Shown: one piece after another, positions 9,008-18,946 of the stretch
Numbering within the stretch: position 1 is the stretch's first letter
Layout of the letters: each line of letters opens with the position of its first letter
Virus record (IMG/VR): IMGVR_UViG_3300010373_000005
Location: 1 to 64,000 of that record
Strand: one strand, 5' to 3'
DNA: 64,000 nt
Source of the DNA: a virus
Program-made: the position numbers and the translations under genes
Notes under the pieces: model-generated
Database searches by the model: none
Seen by the model: the letters and a program-made list of their open reading frames with translations, nothing else
Told to the model about the DNA's origin: nothing

Positions 9008-10423
9008 TCAGTGCGATCCGTGCCCGTTGGTAGCCTCTATCCCCGCGGATCCGGCCGGAACCTGCAGGCGACCCTCGCCGGGCGGGGCCTCCTCCTGCAC
9101 CGCCTGCCGCGGGTCAGGATTCCGCAGCGGGCCGCCCGAAGGATCGTACCTCCCGCGGTGCAGCGTCTGCTGCGTGGTGCGCGTCGGCAGCTCCAGGACG
9201 TCCCTGATGGCCGGCATGTCGAGCACGTCGGCCTCCTCTGCCTGACCTCCCTCGTTCCCGAGGTGAGCCATGTACACCTGCTTGAAGAACGCGCGCTTCT
9301 CGCTGCTGAGTGGGGCAGCCTTTATCTTCACCATCCCGACGTACTCTTCGCCGCAATTGGTCTCCAGCAGCGGGTCGACCCCCTGCGAGTTTACCTGCGA
9401 CACCACGTCCCTGTGCGCCATCTCCTGGTTGTCGATGGCGAAATCCGCGTGCTCTCCGGCCTCAGCCTTGGTTCCGAACTGCCCCTCCGTGACCGCGCGC
9501 TCAGGAATGCCGAACGCCCTGCACTTGAGCGAGTCGAGGTATCTGCCGCGCTCCACGAAGTTGGCCTGCGTGCTCGCTGCGGACACGAGCTGCACCGACC
9601 AGGTCACCTTGTCCTGGCCTATGGAATTCAGGTCCTCGATCTGCTTGGCCACCGTCAGCGGGATGGTGATCACGCCCGACGACTGCAGCGTGTGTCCGAG
9701 CGCGCTCGCGATCCTCGCGTTGTCGGTCTCGACACCGTTGAGCATCGTGGTGCCTACAGGGTACTGGATCACCCAGCTGGCGCCAGCCACCTTGTTATCG
9801 AACCTCCTGGCAGCGAGCTCAGACTCGTAGTGCCCGTCGTACGGCACCTCGGCGCGCTTCATCAACGGCTCGCCGTACCAGTTCGTGCCCTCCGCGTCGT
9901 GGTAGAGTACCAGCGACTCCCCTCGCCAGAGTCTCGTAGGCTCGTGGTACTGGTGCGACCAGTACGGGGTGTTCAGGAGTCCTAAGATCTCGCCGTGCTC
10001 GTTGACGACGATCTCGGTGATGTCGTGCAGCAGGGACTTCATCTTGGTGATCTGCAGCGTGCAGTCAGGCAGCTGCCTGCGCACCAGCTCGAACCCCGCC
10101 CAGCCGTAGTCCAGCAGGCCCCTGAACGCGTCTCTGAGGAACTTCTGCCTGTGCGGCAGGAAGGACTTCTTTACCATATCCACGGCACTCTTGTACCGCT
10201 CTTCCTCAGCCTCTACCGTCCACTCACTGGCCAGGGCAGGCGCCATGAAGATGTCGCGCAGGAACCCGATCGTCGGGTCCCTGCGCATGATGCGAGCCTT
10301 GCGGTACCAGACTGACCGGTCCAGCACCGTCGCCGCCAGGATCTTTGCGCCCGGCGGCAGGTAGGTGCTGATGCCCGAGACGCGTGTCGTCTGGGCAGCA
10401 GTCTTGCTCTGGTGAGTTGACAT
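9008..10423 (-). CDS. portal protein (candidate)
   Basis: 471 aa. The size, the position in the TerL operon and the acidic/aromatic composition fit a portal. No database check was possible. Confidence 0.6.
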   Translation of the reverse strand: MSTHQSKTAAQTTRVSGISTYLPPGAKILAATVLDRSVWYRKARIMRRDPTIGFLRDIFMAPALASEWTVEAEEERYKSAVDMVKKSFLPHRQKFLRDAFRGLLDYGWAGFELVRRQLPDCTLQITKMKSLLHDITEIVVNEHGEILGLLNTPYWSHQYHEPTRLWRGESLVLYHDAEGTNWYGEPLMKRAEVPYDGHYESELAARRFDNKVAGASWVIQYPVGTTMLNGVETDNARIASALGHTLQSSGVITIPLTVAKQIEDLNSIGQDKVTWSVQLVSAASTQANFVERGRYLDSLKCRAFGIPERAVTEGQFGTKAEAGEHADFAIDNQEMAHRDVVSQVNSQGVDPLLETNCGEEYVGMVKIKAAPLSSEKRAFFKQVYMAHLGNEGGQAEEADVLDMPAIRDVLELPTRTTQQTLHRGRYDPSGGPLRNPDPRQAVQEEAPPGEGRLQVPAGSAGIEATNGHGSH

Positions 10424-10444
10424 CAGGACGTCTTTCCAGTAGTA

Positions 10445-12772
10445 CTACCGGCGAGACGCCAGGTATCGGTCCCTGCGCGACTGCGCCCCACCAGTGACGA
10501 CGACGCGGCCCTTGAGGGACGCGGCGACCTCCCTGACGAGCTGAGAGTCTGCTCCCTGCTCCACGTCGATCGAGTCTGCGTTCGCGTCGCACGAGAGCCC
10601 GAAGCCCGTGAGGGTCTGGACGCACTGAGTCATCGCGCGGTCGCTCAAGCCCATGATCGACATCATCGGACCGCTGATCCCACGCGCCAGCTTGTCCAGC
10701 GCCTTGCAGACGGACTCTGAGGCCGGCTCCTGCGTGCGGACAGTCCCGTCGGGAAGCACGCGCAGCTGGACGTTGTCCCACTCGGGGTTGAACTGCGCGG
10801 CCAGCTCGGCGTTCTCCCTGCGCACCTTCGCGTGGAACGCCACGGCCTCAGCCTTCGTCGGGAACTTGTAACTCCATGGTCGCTTATCCTGCTCGAGGTA
10901 GTGCGTCTCGACCGGGTCGTCGAGACGAGGGTCGACGACCGCGTCGTCGTCCGCGAAAGCTGCAGCCTGGCGCGCCAGATACCTGTCCCGTCGTGATGTT
11001 CCCATGCTGAATCTCCTGCCGAAACTCGCGAATTTCCCTGAGTCGTCGCGCTGGTGCTTGGACTCGTCGTAATGTCCCGCGACTGATCTCTGCCCGACGC
11101 GACCGATGACGTGCTCGCCGTACTTCTTGGTGATGCGCCTGTTGTACGGAGTATCCCGCACACGCTTGCCGCCCGTGAGCGACCTGCCGTACTCGTCCGT
11201 GTGCCGACCACCCGTGAGGTTCAGCAGCCCGGAGATGAGTCCCATGGATGCCGGCTTGAGGCCGACGGCCTTGCCAATCACCCTGGACGGATTCACCGCG
11301 TCGTTGACCCTGCCCAGCAGGCTGCCTGGCTTCTTCATCCGCGGTTTTTTGGGCTTCTTGGGCTGCGGAGGTTTCTTAGACCCAGACACTAGATTCTTGA
11401 CTCCCTTAGCCACACTACCTATCGGACCATGCCAATTGTCAATGTTCAGCGGGTTAAGATGAGTGAGTATTCCCATAGCCACTTCACGACGAGCTAGGTA
11501 TCGCAACTGTCGGTTGCCTGGACCGTATTCATTAAAACTCGCGAATTTTCCCTCATTATCCCTCTGATACTTACGAGCCGCTGCCTCGTGCTTGGCTTGA
11601 TCGCTCACTCTCATCTCACCTTTTTGCGTGCTGTGATACTCACCGTTCGCACGATAGCGGGCGGCCCGACCCTTGTGAATGTTTGCCATCAATTTGGCAC
11701 CAGGGATACTCGATTTCTCCCAGGATTTCTGATCAGCCTCATGCTTGTCCGCCAGTCCGTGATAGAACTTCGAGATGTCAGCATGCTTCATGGCACTGAC
11801 ACCTTCTGAATTCACGTACTGCCTGGGAGCACCCATCCTCCCTTTACCAAGAGTATTATGCCATGCCGTAGTCAAGTGATGTATAGGAGTCATCAAACCC
11901 AACGCGTGACCACGACTATCACATGCGAACGCGAAGTGCGTGGAGGGCGCCCTCTTGGACTTGATCAGCGACTCGTGGTAGTTGGCGTGCGCTGCGTGGG
12001 TCACGGCCTTGTCGCCGATGTCCTTGATCTTCGCCATGTAAGCCCGCTGCTCCTGGCGGTGGTGTTCGGCCTCCTCCTTCTGGTACTCCGGAGAGTTCTC
12101 CAGGTTCTCGTACCGACGCTTCAGGTACGCGTGCTTCTGCACCATCTCGTCGTGAAACTTCGCCTTCTTCTCGTTTGGCCCGAAGAACCTCCCGCCCTTA
12201 CGGGCGGCGGCGGCCTGCTCTGCGTGGTAGCGCATCCGGTTCGCGTGATGGTTCGCCCGGTCCTTGTTGTGGTGCGGGTCGTGCTTCAGGTTCGTGTGAA
12301 ATACGAGGTCCTCCGGGTCCTGCGCCATGGCAATTCCTCGCTGGTGCGTGGCGCCTGCCACGAATCTCCCCTGGTTGTATCGCGCCCTGTCGAGCAGCTG
12401 TCCCCTCCGGGCGAACAGCTCGTCAGCCTCGTCCTCGTGGTGAGTCCTGAGGTGAGGGTCGCGCTCCTGGGCCGCCCGCTCCCTGGCATGCTGGATGTCA
12501 GCGCCGATCCGGTTGAGCCTATCTGCCCCGTGCGCCTCGTGCTGCTCGTACTCGTTCCGTACCTTGCCGCCCAGGAACTGGGACACGTGCTCGACCCTCT
12601 TCTTCTGCCCAGGCGACAGGGCGTGATCGAGCACCACCACTCCACCGATGACGGCAGCGTGCATCCCGTACTTACGCAGCATGCTGACTGCCTTGGCGGC
12701 CGCCGCCTTGCTCAGGCCTATCACCGAGGTCTTGAACGTCGCCGTGAAGATGTCGCAGGCTACGTCTGTCAT
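10445..12772 (-). CDS. His-rich 775-aa virion/ejection-type protein
   Basis: Tightly packed between TerL and the portal. Many His-rich helices. Duplicated QRD(N/D)(E/S)GKFASF and RDRYLA motifs, and a lysine/proline linker KKPPQPKKPKKPRMKKP. Confidence 0.65.
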   Translation of the reverse strand: MTDVACDIFTATFKTSVIGLSKAAAAKAVSMLRKYGMHAAVIGGVVVLDHALSPGQKKRVEHVSQFLGGKVRNEYEQHEAHGADRLNRIGADIQHARERAAQERDPHLRTHHEDEADELFARRGQLLDRARYNQGRFVAGATHQRGIAMAQDPEDLVFHTNLKHDPHHNKDRANHHANRMRYHAEQAAAARKGGRFFGPNEKKAKFHDEMVQKHAYLKRRYENLENSPEYQKEEAEHHRQEQRAYMAKIKDIGDKAVTHAAHANYHESLIKSKRAPSTHFAFACDSRGHALGLMTPIHHLTTAWHNTLGKGRMGAPRQYVNSEGVSAMKHADISKFYHGLADKHEADQKSWEKSSIPGAKLMANIHKGRAARYRANGEYHSTQKGEMRVSDQAKHEAAARKYQRDNEGKFASFNEYGPGNRQLRYLARREVAMGILTHLNPLNIDNWHGPIGSVAKGVKNLVSGSKKPPQPKKPKKPRMKKPGSLLGRVNDAVNPSRVIGKAVGLKPASMGLISGLLNLTGGRHTDEYGRSLTGGKRVRDTPYNRRITKKYGEHVIGRVGQRSVAGHYDESKHQRDDSGKFASFGRRFSMGTSRRDRYLARQAAAFADDDAVVDPRLDDPVETHYLEQDKRPWSYKFPTKAEAVAFHAKVRRENAELAAQFNPEWDNVQLRVLPDGTVRTQEPASESVCKALDKLARGISGPMMSIMGLSDRAMTQCVQTLTGFGLSCDANADSIDVEQGADSQLVREVAASLKGRVVVTGGAQSRRDRYLASRR

Positions 12773-12774
12773 AG

Positions 12775-14121
12775 CTAGACTGGCACTGGTTCTGGGAGCG
12801 GCGGCGGAGCGTCCACCCCGGAGGTGAACACCTGCGGAACGGCGTCCGTGGTGACGACCACGGGCCTCAGGTAGTGTATTACATACCCTAGCGCGTCCGT
12901 GATGTGCCCCGCGTCTGGGGCGGAGTCATCGGGAGCCCTGGTACCCTCCTCGTATGCCCTCGTTCCCAGGTCGGCTATCAGGTTGGTGCACTTCGGGTTC
13001 ACGAACAGCGTGCGCTTCTCCGCGGCATCACAGAACGCCCGGTTGCATGCCGCGAACCTGTTCACCACCGCCGGGTTGGACTTGGGATAGAACACTCCGG
13101 AGCCCACGAACCGCTTGTCGTTGACGATCTGCACGTAGTCGCTCGTCGTGGCGCTCGTCTTCCTTGCCTTAGCGGTGGCGTCACCGAAGAACAGCCACTT
13201 GGCCTGGTGTCGAGTGCCGTACAGCTCGTAGAGCTTGTTGAGCGCTGCCTGAGTGTTGGTGTTCCTGATCCACAGCTCGTCGACGACGTGCAGCTCCTGC
13301 GTGCCAGGCTTCTGCTGCAGCAGCACCCACGCCATCGGATTGACGTTGAAGTCGGAACCGACCAGCAGGGGGATGTGCGGGCAGTACTTGAAGTCGCTCA
13401 GGTTGAGCTTCTCGTCGAACGCGTGGAAGATGAGGCCCGACGTGTCCTGCCAGTTGGCGCCGAACTGCTCGTCGAAGTCCTTCTTGTCCATCGACGCCAT
13501 CGCCAGCTCGATCTCCTGCTGCGTCAGGATGTCGTGCGACGGCCAGGTGTACGCCTCGTGGTCTGGCAGCGTGCCGGAGCCCCAGAGCGCGCACGCGTCC
13601 CTGAAGTCCTTCGCTCCTGGGCCCCACCTCTTGGGAACTCCGATCCGCCAGCACCGACCCTTGCGCTCGGTCAGGGCGGGTCTCACCGACCTGTCGAAAG
13701 ATCCCGGCTTGTGGTCGCATGACTCGTCAATGACGCCGAAGTCCCACTGAATGCCCTCGATGCGCGCGGGAATATCCATCCCGACTACCCAGAGCTGAGA
13801 CCCGAACACCGTCTTGATGCTCATGTCACTCAAGGAGATGCCGCCGTTGCGCGCCACCCAGCCGTCAGGGATGAGCGCCCGCAGCTTGTTCCACGCGACG
13901 CGCTTGGCCTGGTCGCGCGTGGGCAGCGCGTAGAAGAGCATCGGGTCAGACCACGGCCTGCGTATGGGCAGCTGCCGGATGACTCTTCTTCTTGAAAGAA
14001 GAGTCTTGCCGCTGCCTCGCCCGCAGGCGCACGCCACGAACCTCGCAGACGTCCGCCACAGGCGGTGCTGCTGCTCGTGGTAGAACATCTTGGGGTAGTC
14101 CCAGTCGGGCGTGAGTCCCAT
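12775..14121 (-). CDS. terminase large subunit
   Basis: Walker A CGRGSGKT and Walker B FGVIDESCD. Nuclease-type acidic motifs LVGSDFNVNP and DAGHITDALGY. The ATG at 14121 lies 1 nt after the upstream stop. Confidence 0.85.
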   Translation of the reverse strand: MGLTPDWDYPKMFYHEQQHRLWRTSARFVACACGRGSGKTLLSRRRVIRQLPIRRPWSDPMLFYALPTRDQAKRVAWNKLRALIPDGWVARNGGISLSDMSIKTVFGSQLWVVGMDIPARIEGIQWDFGVIDESCDHKPGSFDRSVRPALTERKGRCWRIGVPKRWGPGAKDFRDACALWGSGTLPDHEAYTWPSHDILTQQEIELAMASMDKKDFDEQFGANWQDTSGLIFHAFDEKLNLSDFKYCPHIPLLVGSDFNVNPMAWVLLQQKPGTQELHVVDELWIRNTNTQAALNKLYELYGTRHQAKWLFFGDATAKARKTSATTSDYVQIVNDKRFVGSGVFYPKSNPAVVNRFAACNRAFCDAAEKRTLFVNPKCTNLIADLGTRAYEEGTRAPDDSAPDAGHITDALGYVIHYLRPVVVTTDAVPQVFTSGVDAPPPLPEPVPV

Positions 14122-14122
14122 G

Positions 14123-17100
14123 TCAGTTCGCGCTCGGCTGCGGAGTCTCCCTGGCAGGCGCCGACGACACCACGCGCCCACCCAGCTTCCTGACGAGCCT
14201 CATCCCGGCCTTCGTCATCTTCTTCGCGACGACGTACGTGCCCTGCGCGGCGAGCGTGGCGACGACGCCCATGCCGACGAGACCTGCCACCGCGGCAGCG
14301 GCTGCAGGCATCGACATGAACTGGATGGTCACCGCGCCGGCGAGGGCCGAGGCACCCATGTCCATCTCGTACGAGGCGCCCCTGCCTGCCCGGATCTTCC
14401 CGCACACCCTGCGCGCGGCCTTGACAGACCCGTAGCGCCTCTGGGCATCAGCAACGCACTTATTCCAAGGATACCTCTTCTTTTTCTTCGCGAGGCCTAC
14501 GGCGAGCTTGGGGTGCCTGCGCGAGACGACCTTGGGCTTCGGACCGTCGCACTCTGCGCCGCAGAACTCTGCAAAAGAATAGTACGCGTCGTGCGACCTG
14601 TCTCGCTCGGCCATCTGCTCCGCGACATTGCCGGTGGCCTGCACCTTGCCTCCGAGCTTGCTGAACACGCTCCTGAGCTTGCCCATCAGCGCGCTCGTCA
14701 CCCCGTAGACGACCAGCACCGTGCCGGCGCCCGCGGCTCCGACCGCGACGCCTGCCGCAGGCACCGCGAGGGTAGCAGTGAGCCCCAGGGCGATCAGCAT
14801 CCTCATGGCGGTGCGCGCGACGATGCCAGAGCCGAACTTCACGGCAACTGCCGTGCCGGCACCCTTAGCTATCGCGGTGCCCGCAGAGAACGACGCGGCG
14901 CGCCACTCCCCGTGGCTGTCTCGCGGGTGCTGGCTCTCGTTCCAGCCGCCGTGACCTCCGCCGGGGCGCGCGCCCGATCCGGGCGGCCTGCCGGGACCCC
15001 GCCTCACCTGGGGCCCCTCGCTGTCGTAGCGAGGTTCCACCGCGTGCTGCGGGACCCCGCGGGCCTCGTGCTCCCTGCGGGCGGTCTCCCGGGCCCTGTC
15101 CTGGTGGTAGTCCTGCGCATGGTCGTCCTCGATAACGCGGTTCACCTCGTTCGCGTGCGTGATCCTCGTGATCGGGCCCTTGGGCACCGGCGCGGGCTTG
15201 CCCTTGAACGCCCGGGCGAGGCCCTGCACGATCTTGTACGAGGCGTAGCTCGACACCCCGAACACGAGGATGGCGGTGCCGACGCCGGTCGCCACGCCCG
15301 CTGCGGCTAGTCCTGCGGTCAGTCCGAGCTGCAGCGCCCTCCGAACGACATGTCCCGCGACGCCCTTGGCGACCGAGATCGCGACCTTACCCCCGGAGAT
15401 CATGCCGAACTCGCACGCGTCGAAGTACTCCACGTCGTCGAACGACAGGTGTCGCCACTCTCCGTGCTCGTCCCTCGGGTGTCGCTCCTCCTCCCAGCGG
15501 ATCGCGTGCGCGCCGTGGTGCCTGGCGATGGCGTACACGTGCTGCGGAGGGTGGGCGTGCTGGACGTGAACCTCGTGCTCGCCCTCGTGGTCCCCCTTGG
15601 CGTGCACCATGGCCTTAAAGCCCTTGGACGCCAGGTGCTCGATCGCGGCGAGGGCCGCCACCTTGCCCGCGAAGTGCAGCACGGCCTTGCCGACGAACTT
15701 GGCGGCCGGCATGCTGATGCCGAACGCGTAGGACGCGCCCTTGCCCTTGGGCTTACTCTTCGTAGCCTGACGCGCAGCCTTACGAGCCTCCTTCGTCTTC
15801 TTGGCCCTGTCTGCGGGTGTCTCGGGCCGGAACCCGGGATGTGATTGGATCGCGTCCCACCCCGTGGGAGGCTTGGTCGCGTTTGCCGCCACGTCGTAGA
15901 TGTCGTGCAGCGGGTGCTGCGGACCCGTCTCCTGGTTTGTTCCCGGCCCGCTCGGCATGAGCTGCCGGGCGTTGCGAGCCTCGCGCGCTGCTACTCTTAC
16001 CTTACGCAATTGGCGCCCGTGGTAGTGCTGCACTATCGACTCGAAGACCTTCGCTAGTACTGCGGAGAGTCCCGCGGTCATGTGCCCGTACTGGTCGGTG
16101 TTCGCGTCGACGATACCCGCGTCCCTCGCGGCCTGCAGCGCCTTCTTGGCGACCACTGCTGAGCCGAAGTCGATGGCATACATCACCGCCGCGCCCTTGG
16201 CCGACACGTCCTTCTGCTGGTACTTGCTCTGGCTCTTGGGCGAGAACGACCCTGGCATCGGGATGATGGGTCCCGACGTCTTGTACATGATGGGGACGTG
16301 GTCTACGTGCTTCTTGTCCTTAGGATCGACCGCCTCCATGATCGTGTGGTGCACGATCTCGTTGGCCTGCTCGTGAGTCATGCCCGAGAGGATGAACCCG
16401 TTGCCGATCATTGTCGGCGTGATGCCGTGCTGGTTCCTGACTGCAGTGAATGCCGCCTTGGCCCACGTCGGATAGTTGAACATCACCTTGAAGTCATAGG
16501 TGGCATCAGCGCCGTTGAGGGCGAAGGCGTGGGACATCGCCTTCACCGGCGAGCCCCTGTACTTCAGGATGGCGTAGTTCACGGCCTTCATTGGGCCTCT
16601 GACGAGCATGCGTCGCTTCTTGTCCTGTCGCGCCACGGTGCACCCCTGGTTCTCGAGGAACTTCTGCGCGTCCTCGGCGTCCTCGAGCTGCTCGAAGTAG
16701 AGCCTCAGCTTGCGCTCGGATGGTTCCTGCCGCGTCCCGTGAGGCGGATTCCGCGACTGCGAGATCTCGGAGTGCGGCTGCTGCGGAGGTGCTTGAGGCT
16801 GAGTCGCGGTATCCATGCTCATGTCCCTACCTGTTGACCCCAAGAAACGAAGTGCGGCCCTGCGCACTGTTGCCTCGTCGTTCACCGCATCGCACTGTAC
16901 TGTCCATATGCCGTTCACCTTGCGATGCCAATCAAGGTCGCAGGGTGGAGACTCTTGCTTCAAGACCCATCTCACGAAAGCTTCCGCTGCCACTTGAGAA
17001 GGAAAGTGCAGCACCACTTTTCGCTCCACTCCGAACGAGTACCAGAAGTGCGACGAATCCTCCTTCTTGCGCTTGTCAAGACCTCGAGACACTCTGAACC

Positions 17101-18304
17101 CGTGACCCGCCGAAGTGTGTGGAGTCTCGTTCGGTCCGATAGAGTACCCCAGAGTTCGCAGGCGATTCATGATCGCGGACATCATACCTTTATTTCGTTG
17201 CTCTTCGGCTACCGCAATACGAATGGGCGTGAGGATCTTAGATCCAGGCTTCTGCCCGAACTCAGAATGGGCCATTGCCATTCTGTCTTCGTCATTAGGA
17301 TCCTCAATATATGCTATGAGCTTACCGGGCTCTTTCTGGATCTTAACATGCTTCTCCCACTCAGCTCCGTTGAGATTGGACTTGAAACTCATGCTCCATA
17401 GTCTTCGTACGTTCTTGCCGGGCCTGAACCTCACGATCGCCCGCTGGTGACTCAGCGTCTCGACGCCGTTCTGCGGGTTTGTAGTTATTTTAGGCTGTCG
17501 ATTGACAGCTTCAAATACTCCAAAATTGCGAAACTCCACGCGCTTGCCGTCGTTCAGGTGGTACACGATCATGTTAAGGACGTGATCCAGGGCCATTGCC
17601 GCGCGACCCTGCGTGATACCTGTGGCAGATGCCAGAGACTTCAGGACATCGTTCTTGGTGATAGTGTTGGACTTGAGGGCCATGCTGATAGACTTATCCT
17701 GCGCCATGTACGCGTGTCTCGCCGGATCGTCGTCAGGCCCGGGCCGCCCGGGCCTGTGAACTACGCACCGGTTCAGCTGCCTGAGCGTGGCGACCTTGCA
17801 CATAACGTGGTTGGCGTGTTGCTCTAGGCGCTTCACTATTCTGTGGCGCCCGTCCAGCACGTCGTCGTGAGGGCTCAGGATGATCGGCGTGTCCGGGTGC
17901 GCCCTGGCGACACGCTCCTCGCTGTAGCCTGTCTTAGGGTCCTTGTTGATCTTGTGCAGGAAGTCGCTCAGCGGGCGCTCGACCAGGGGGTTCTTCTCCG
18001 TCTCAAGCTTGAGACGGGCCACGTCGATGACAGGTACGACGCCCCTGCGTGCCTTCACCTTGTAGTGCGGCGGGACACCCACTGTCTCCGGCTCAGCGGA
18101 TGCCTCGCCCCCGCGGTGCCTGAGCTGCCTTACGCGGTACCTGTCGCCGTATGCCGCCGCGACAGCCCTCCGGGCCCGGCGTCGCCTGCGAGCCGCTCGC
18201 TCAGGGAGCTTCTTTCCCTTGGGTGTGTGCTTCTCCCAGCGGGCCGCCATCTCGGGATGAGTGGCGTGCATCCACCGGCGCTGCGCCTGACTGACCAGCG
18301 GCAT
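14123..18304 (-). CDS. polyvalent virion protein: ParB-like nuclease + HU/IHF + GNAT + three HPRD/Gly-zipper TM repeats
   Basis: Start at the ATG at 18304 (MPLVSQAQRRWMHA). DGRHR ParB/Srx motif at about 17780-18043. Full HU/IHF domain (FRNFGVFEAVNRQPKITTNPQNGVE) at about 17405-17683. GNAT Q/RxxGxG/A-like EEQRNKGMMSAIM at about 17120-17377. The C-terminus has 2x HPRD.HGEW and 3 Gly/Ala-rich TM segments. Confidence 0.8.
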   Translation of the reverse strand: MPLVSQAQRRWMHATHPEMAARWEKHTPKGKKLPERAARRRRRARRAVAAAYGDRYRVRQLRHRGGEASAEPETVGVPPHYKVKARRGVVPVIDVARLKLETEKNPLVERPLSDFLHKINKDPKTGYSEERVARAHPDTPIILSPHDDVLDGRHRIVKRLEQHANHVMCKVATLRQLNRCVVHRPGRPGPDDDPARHAYMAQDKSISMALKSNTITKNDVLKSLASATGITQGRAAMALDHVLNMIVYHLNDGKRVEFRNFGVFEAVNRQPKITTNPQNGVETLSHQRAIVRFRPGKNVRRLWSMSFKSNLNGAEWEKHVKIQKEPGKLIAYIEDPNDEDRMAMAHSEFGQKPGSKILTPIRIAVAEEQRNKGMMSAIMNRLRTLGYSIGPNETPHTSAGHGFRVSRGLDKRKKEDSSHFWYSFGVERKVVLHFPSQVAAEAFVRWVLKQESPPCDLDWHRKVNGIWTVQCDAVNDEATVRRAALRFLGSTGRDMSMDTATQPQAPPQQPHSEISQSRNPPHGTRQEPSERKLRLYFEQLEDAEDAQKFLENQGCTVARQDKKRRMLVRGPMKAVNYAILKYRGSPVKAMSHAFALNGADATYDFKVMFNYPTWAKAAFTAVRNQHGITPTMIGNGFILSGMTHEQANEIVHHTIMEAVDPKDKKHVDHVPIMYKTSGPIIPMPGSFSPKSQSKYQQKDVSAKGAAVMYAIDFGSAVVAKKALQAARDAGIVDANTDQYGHMTAGLSAVLAKVFESIVQHYHGRQLRKVRVAAREARNARQLMPSGPGTNQETGPQHPLHDIYDVAANATKPPTGWDAIQSHPGFRPETPADRAKKTKEARKAARQATKSKPKGKGASYAFGISMPAAKFVGKAVLHFAGKVAALAAIEHLASKGFKAMVHAKGDHEGEHEVHVQHAHPPQHVYAIARHHGAHAIRWEEERHPRDEHGEWRHLSFDDVEYFDACEFGMISGGKVAISVAKGVAGHVVRRALQLGLTAGLAAAGVATGVGTAILVFGVSSYASYKIVQGLARAFKGKPAPVPKGPITRITHANEVNRVIEDDHAQDYHQDRARETARREHEARGVPQHAVEPRYDSEGPQVRRGPGRPPGSGARPGGGHGGWNESQHPRDSHGEWRAASFSAGTAIAKGAGTAVAVKFGSGIVARTAMRMLIALGLTATLAVPAAGVAVGAAGAGTVLVVYGVTSALMGKLRSVFSKLGGKVQATGNVAEQMAERDRSHDAYYSFAEFCGAECDGPKPKVVSRRHPKLAVGLAKKKKRYPWNKCVADAQRRYGSVKAARRVCGKIRAGRGASYEMDMGASALAGAVTIQFMSMPAAAAAVAGLVGMGVVATLAAQGTYVVAKKMTKAGMRLVRKLGGRVVSSAPARETPQPSAN

Positions 18305-18305
18305 T

Positions 18306-18722
18306 CTACGCCCCCTGCTGGGCCGCGCAGGCCGCGAAGCACTCCTGGGCCGCGTCGGCGCTGCCGTCTCGCACGGCGTCGAGCGAGTGCAGGGCGAGCG
18401 CCTGGGCCTGGGCCCGGCCGTCCTTGCCGAGGTTGCGCACGTGCCTGTCACGTCGGAGCTGCTTCTTGGACTCGACCACCGCGGGTCCCAGCACGCTGTC
18501 GTCGTAGCTGCTGGTGTCCTCGTGGAAGGCAGCCTGCACGTGCTCCTGGGTCGTCTCGGCGGTAGCCTGAGCGGGAGCGCACTTCGAGAAGATCGACTGG
18601 AGCGCGGCAATCACCGCGCTCACCATGCCGAGGATCGTGAGTGGGTCGATGCCCGCGAGCTGGGGGTCAGCTGACGCGTTGCTCGCGGCTGCCTGACAGA
18701 TCTGAGTATCCTGCACGTTCAT
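18306..18722 (-). CDS. hypothetical protein
   Basis: The ATG at 18722 overlaps the stop of 18719..18916 (ATGA). 138 aa, MNVQDTQICQAAASNAS... The track ORF N-terminus is Arg-rich shadow sequence. Confidence 0.55.
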   Translation of the reverse strand: MNVQDTQICQAAASNASADPQLAGIDPLTILGMVSAVIAALQSIFSKCAPAQATAETTQEHVQAAFHEDTSSYDDSVLGPAVVESKKQLRRDRHVRNLGKDGRAQAQALALHSLDAVRDGSADAAQECFAACAAQQGA

Positions 18723-18916
18723 ATGCTCCCCTTTCTCACGTAGGCTAGCACGAACTCTTCTGGCACCGGCATCTCGACGCTGCTGTCCTTCGGTATTACC
18801 TGCAGCTCGCTCGGCGCGCCGTCCTCGAATCTGTCGGTGATCCTCAGCGTCACGGCCTCGAAGAGCTCTCCGTTGGGCATCGTGACTTCCAGCGGCAGGT
18901 GCTTCTGTCTGGCCAT
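18719..18916 (-). CDS. small hypothetical protein
   Basis: 65 aa with an ATG start, translationally coupled to the downstream gene. Confidence 0.5.
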   Translation of the reverse strand: MARQKHLPLEVTMPNGELFEAVTLRITDRFEDGAPSELQVIPKDSSVEMPVPEEFVLAYVRKGSI

Positions 18917-18946
18917 GTCTCACTCCCTCGAGAACGGTGGCCCTCA

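Noticed and set aside
8780-9985. Long plus-strand ORFs (for example 8780..9985, 14111..15310, 32033..33100, 49530..50516, 5551..6456).
   Set aside because: They lie antisense to minus-strand genes that have clear motifs. Their products are Arg/Pro/Gly/His-rich strings without motifs. This is the expected shadow-ORF effect in GC-rich DNA.
18305-18610. The N-terminal 102 codons of track ORF 14123..18610 (MPRSSRSSRS...).
   Set aside because: This is Arg/Ser/Pro-rich sequence that fully overlaps the 18306..18722 gene in another frame. The ATG at 18304 follows that gene's stop after a single nucleotide and opens with a protein-like sequence.
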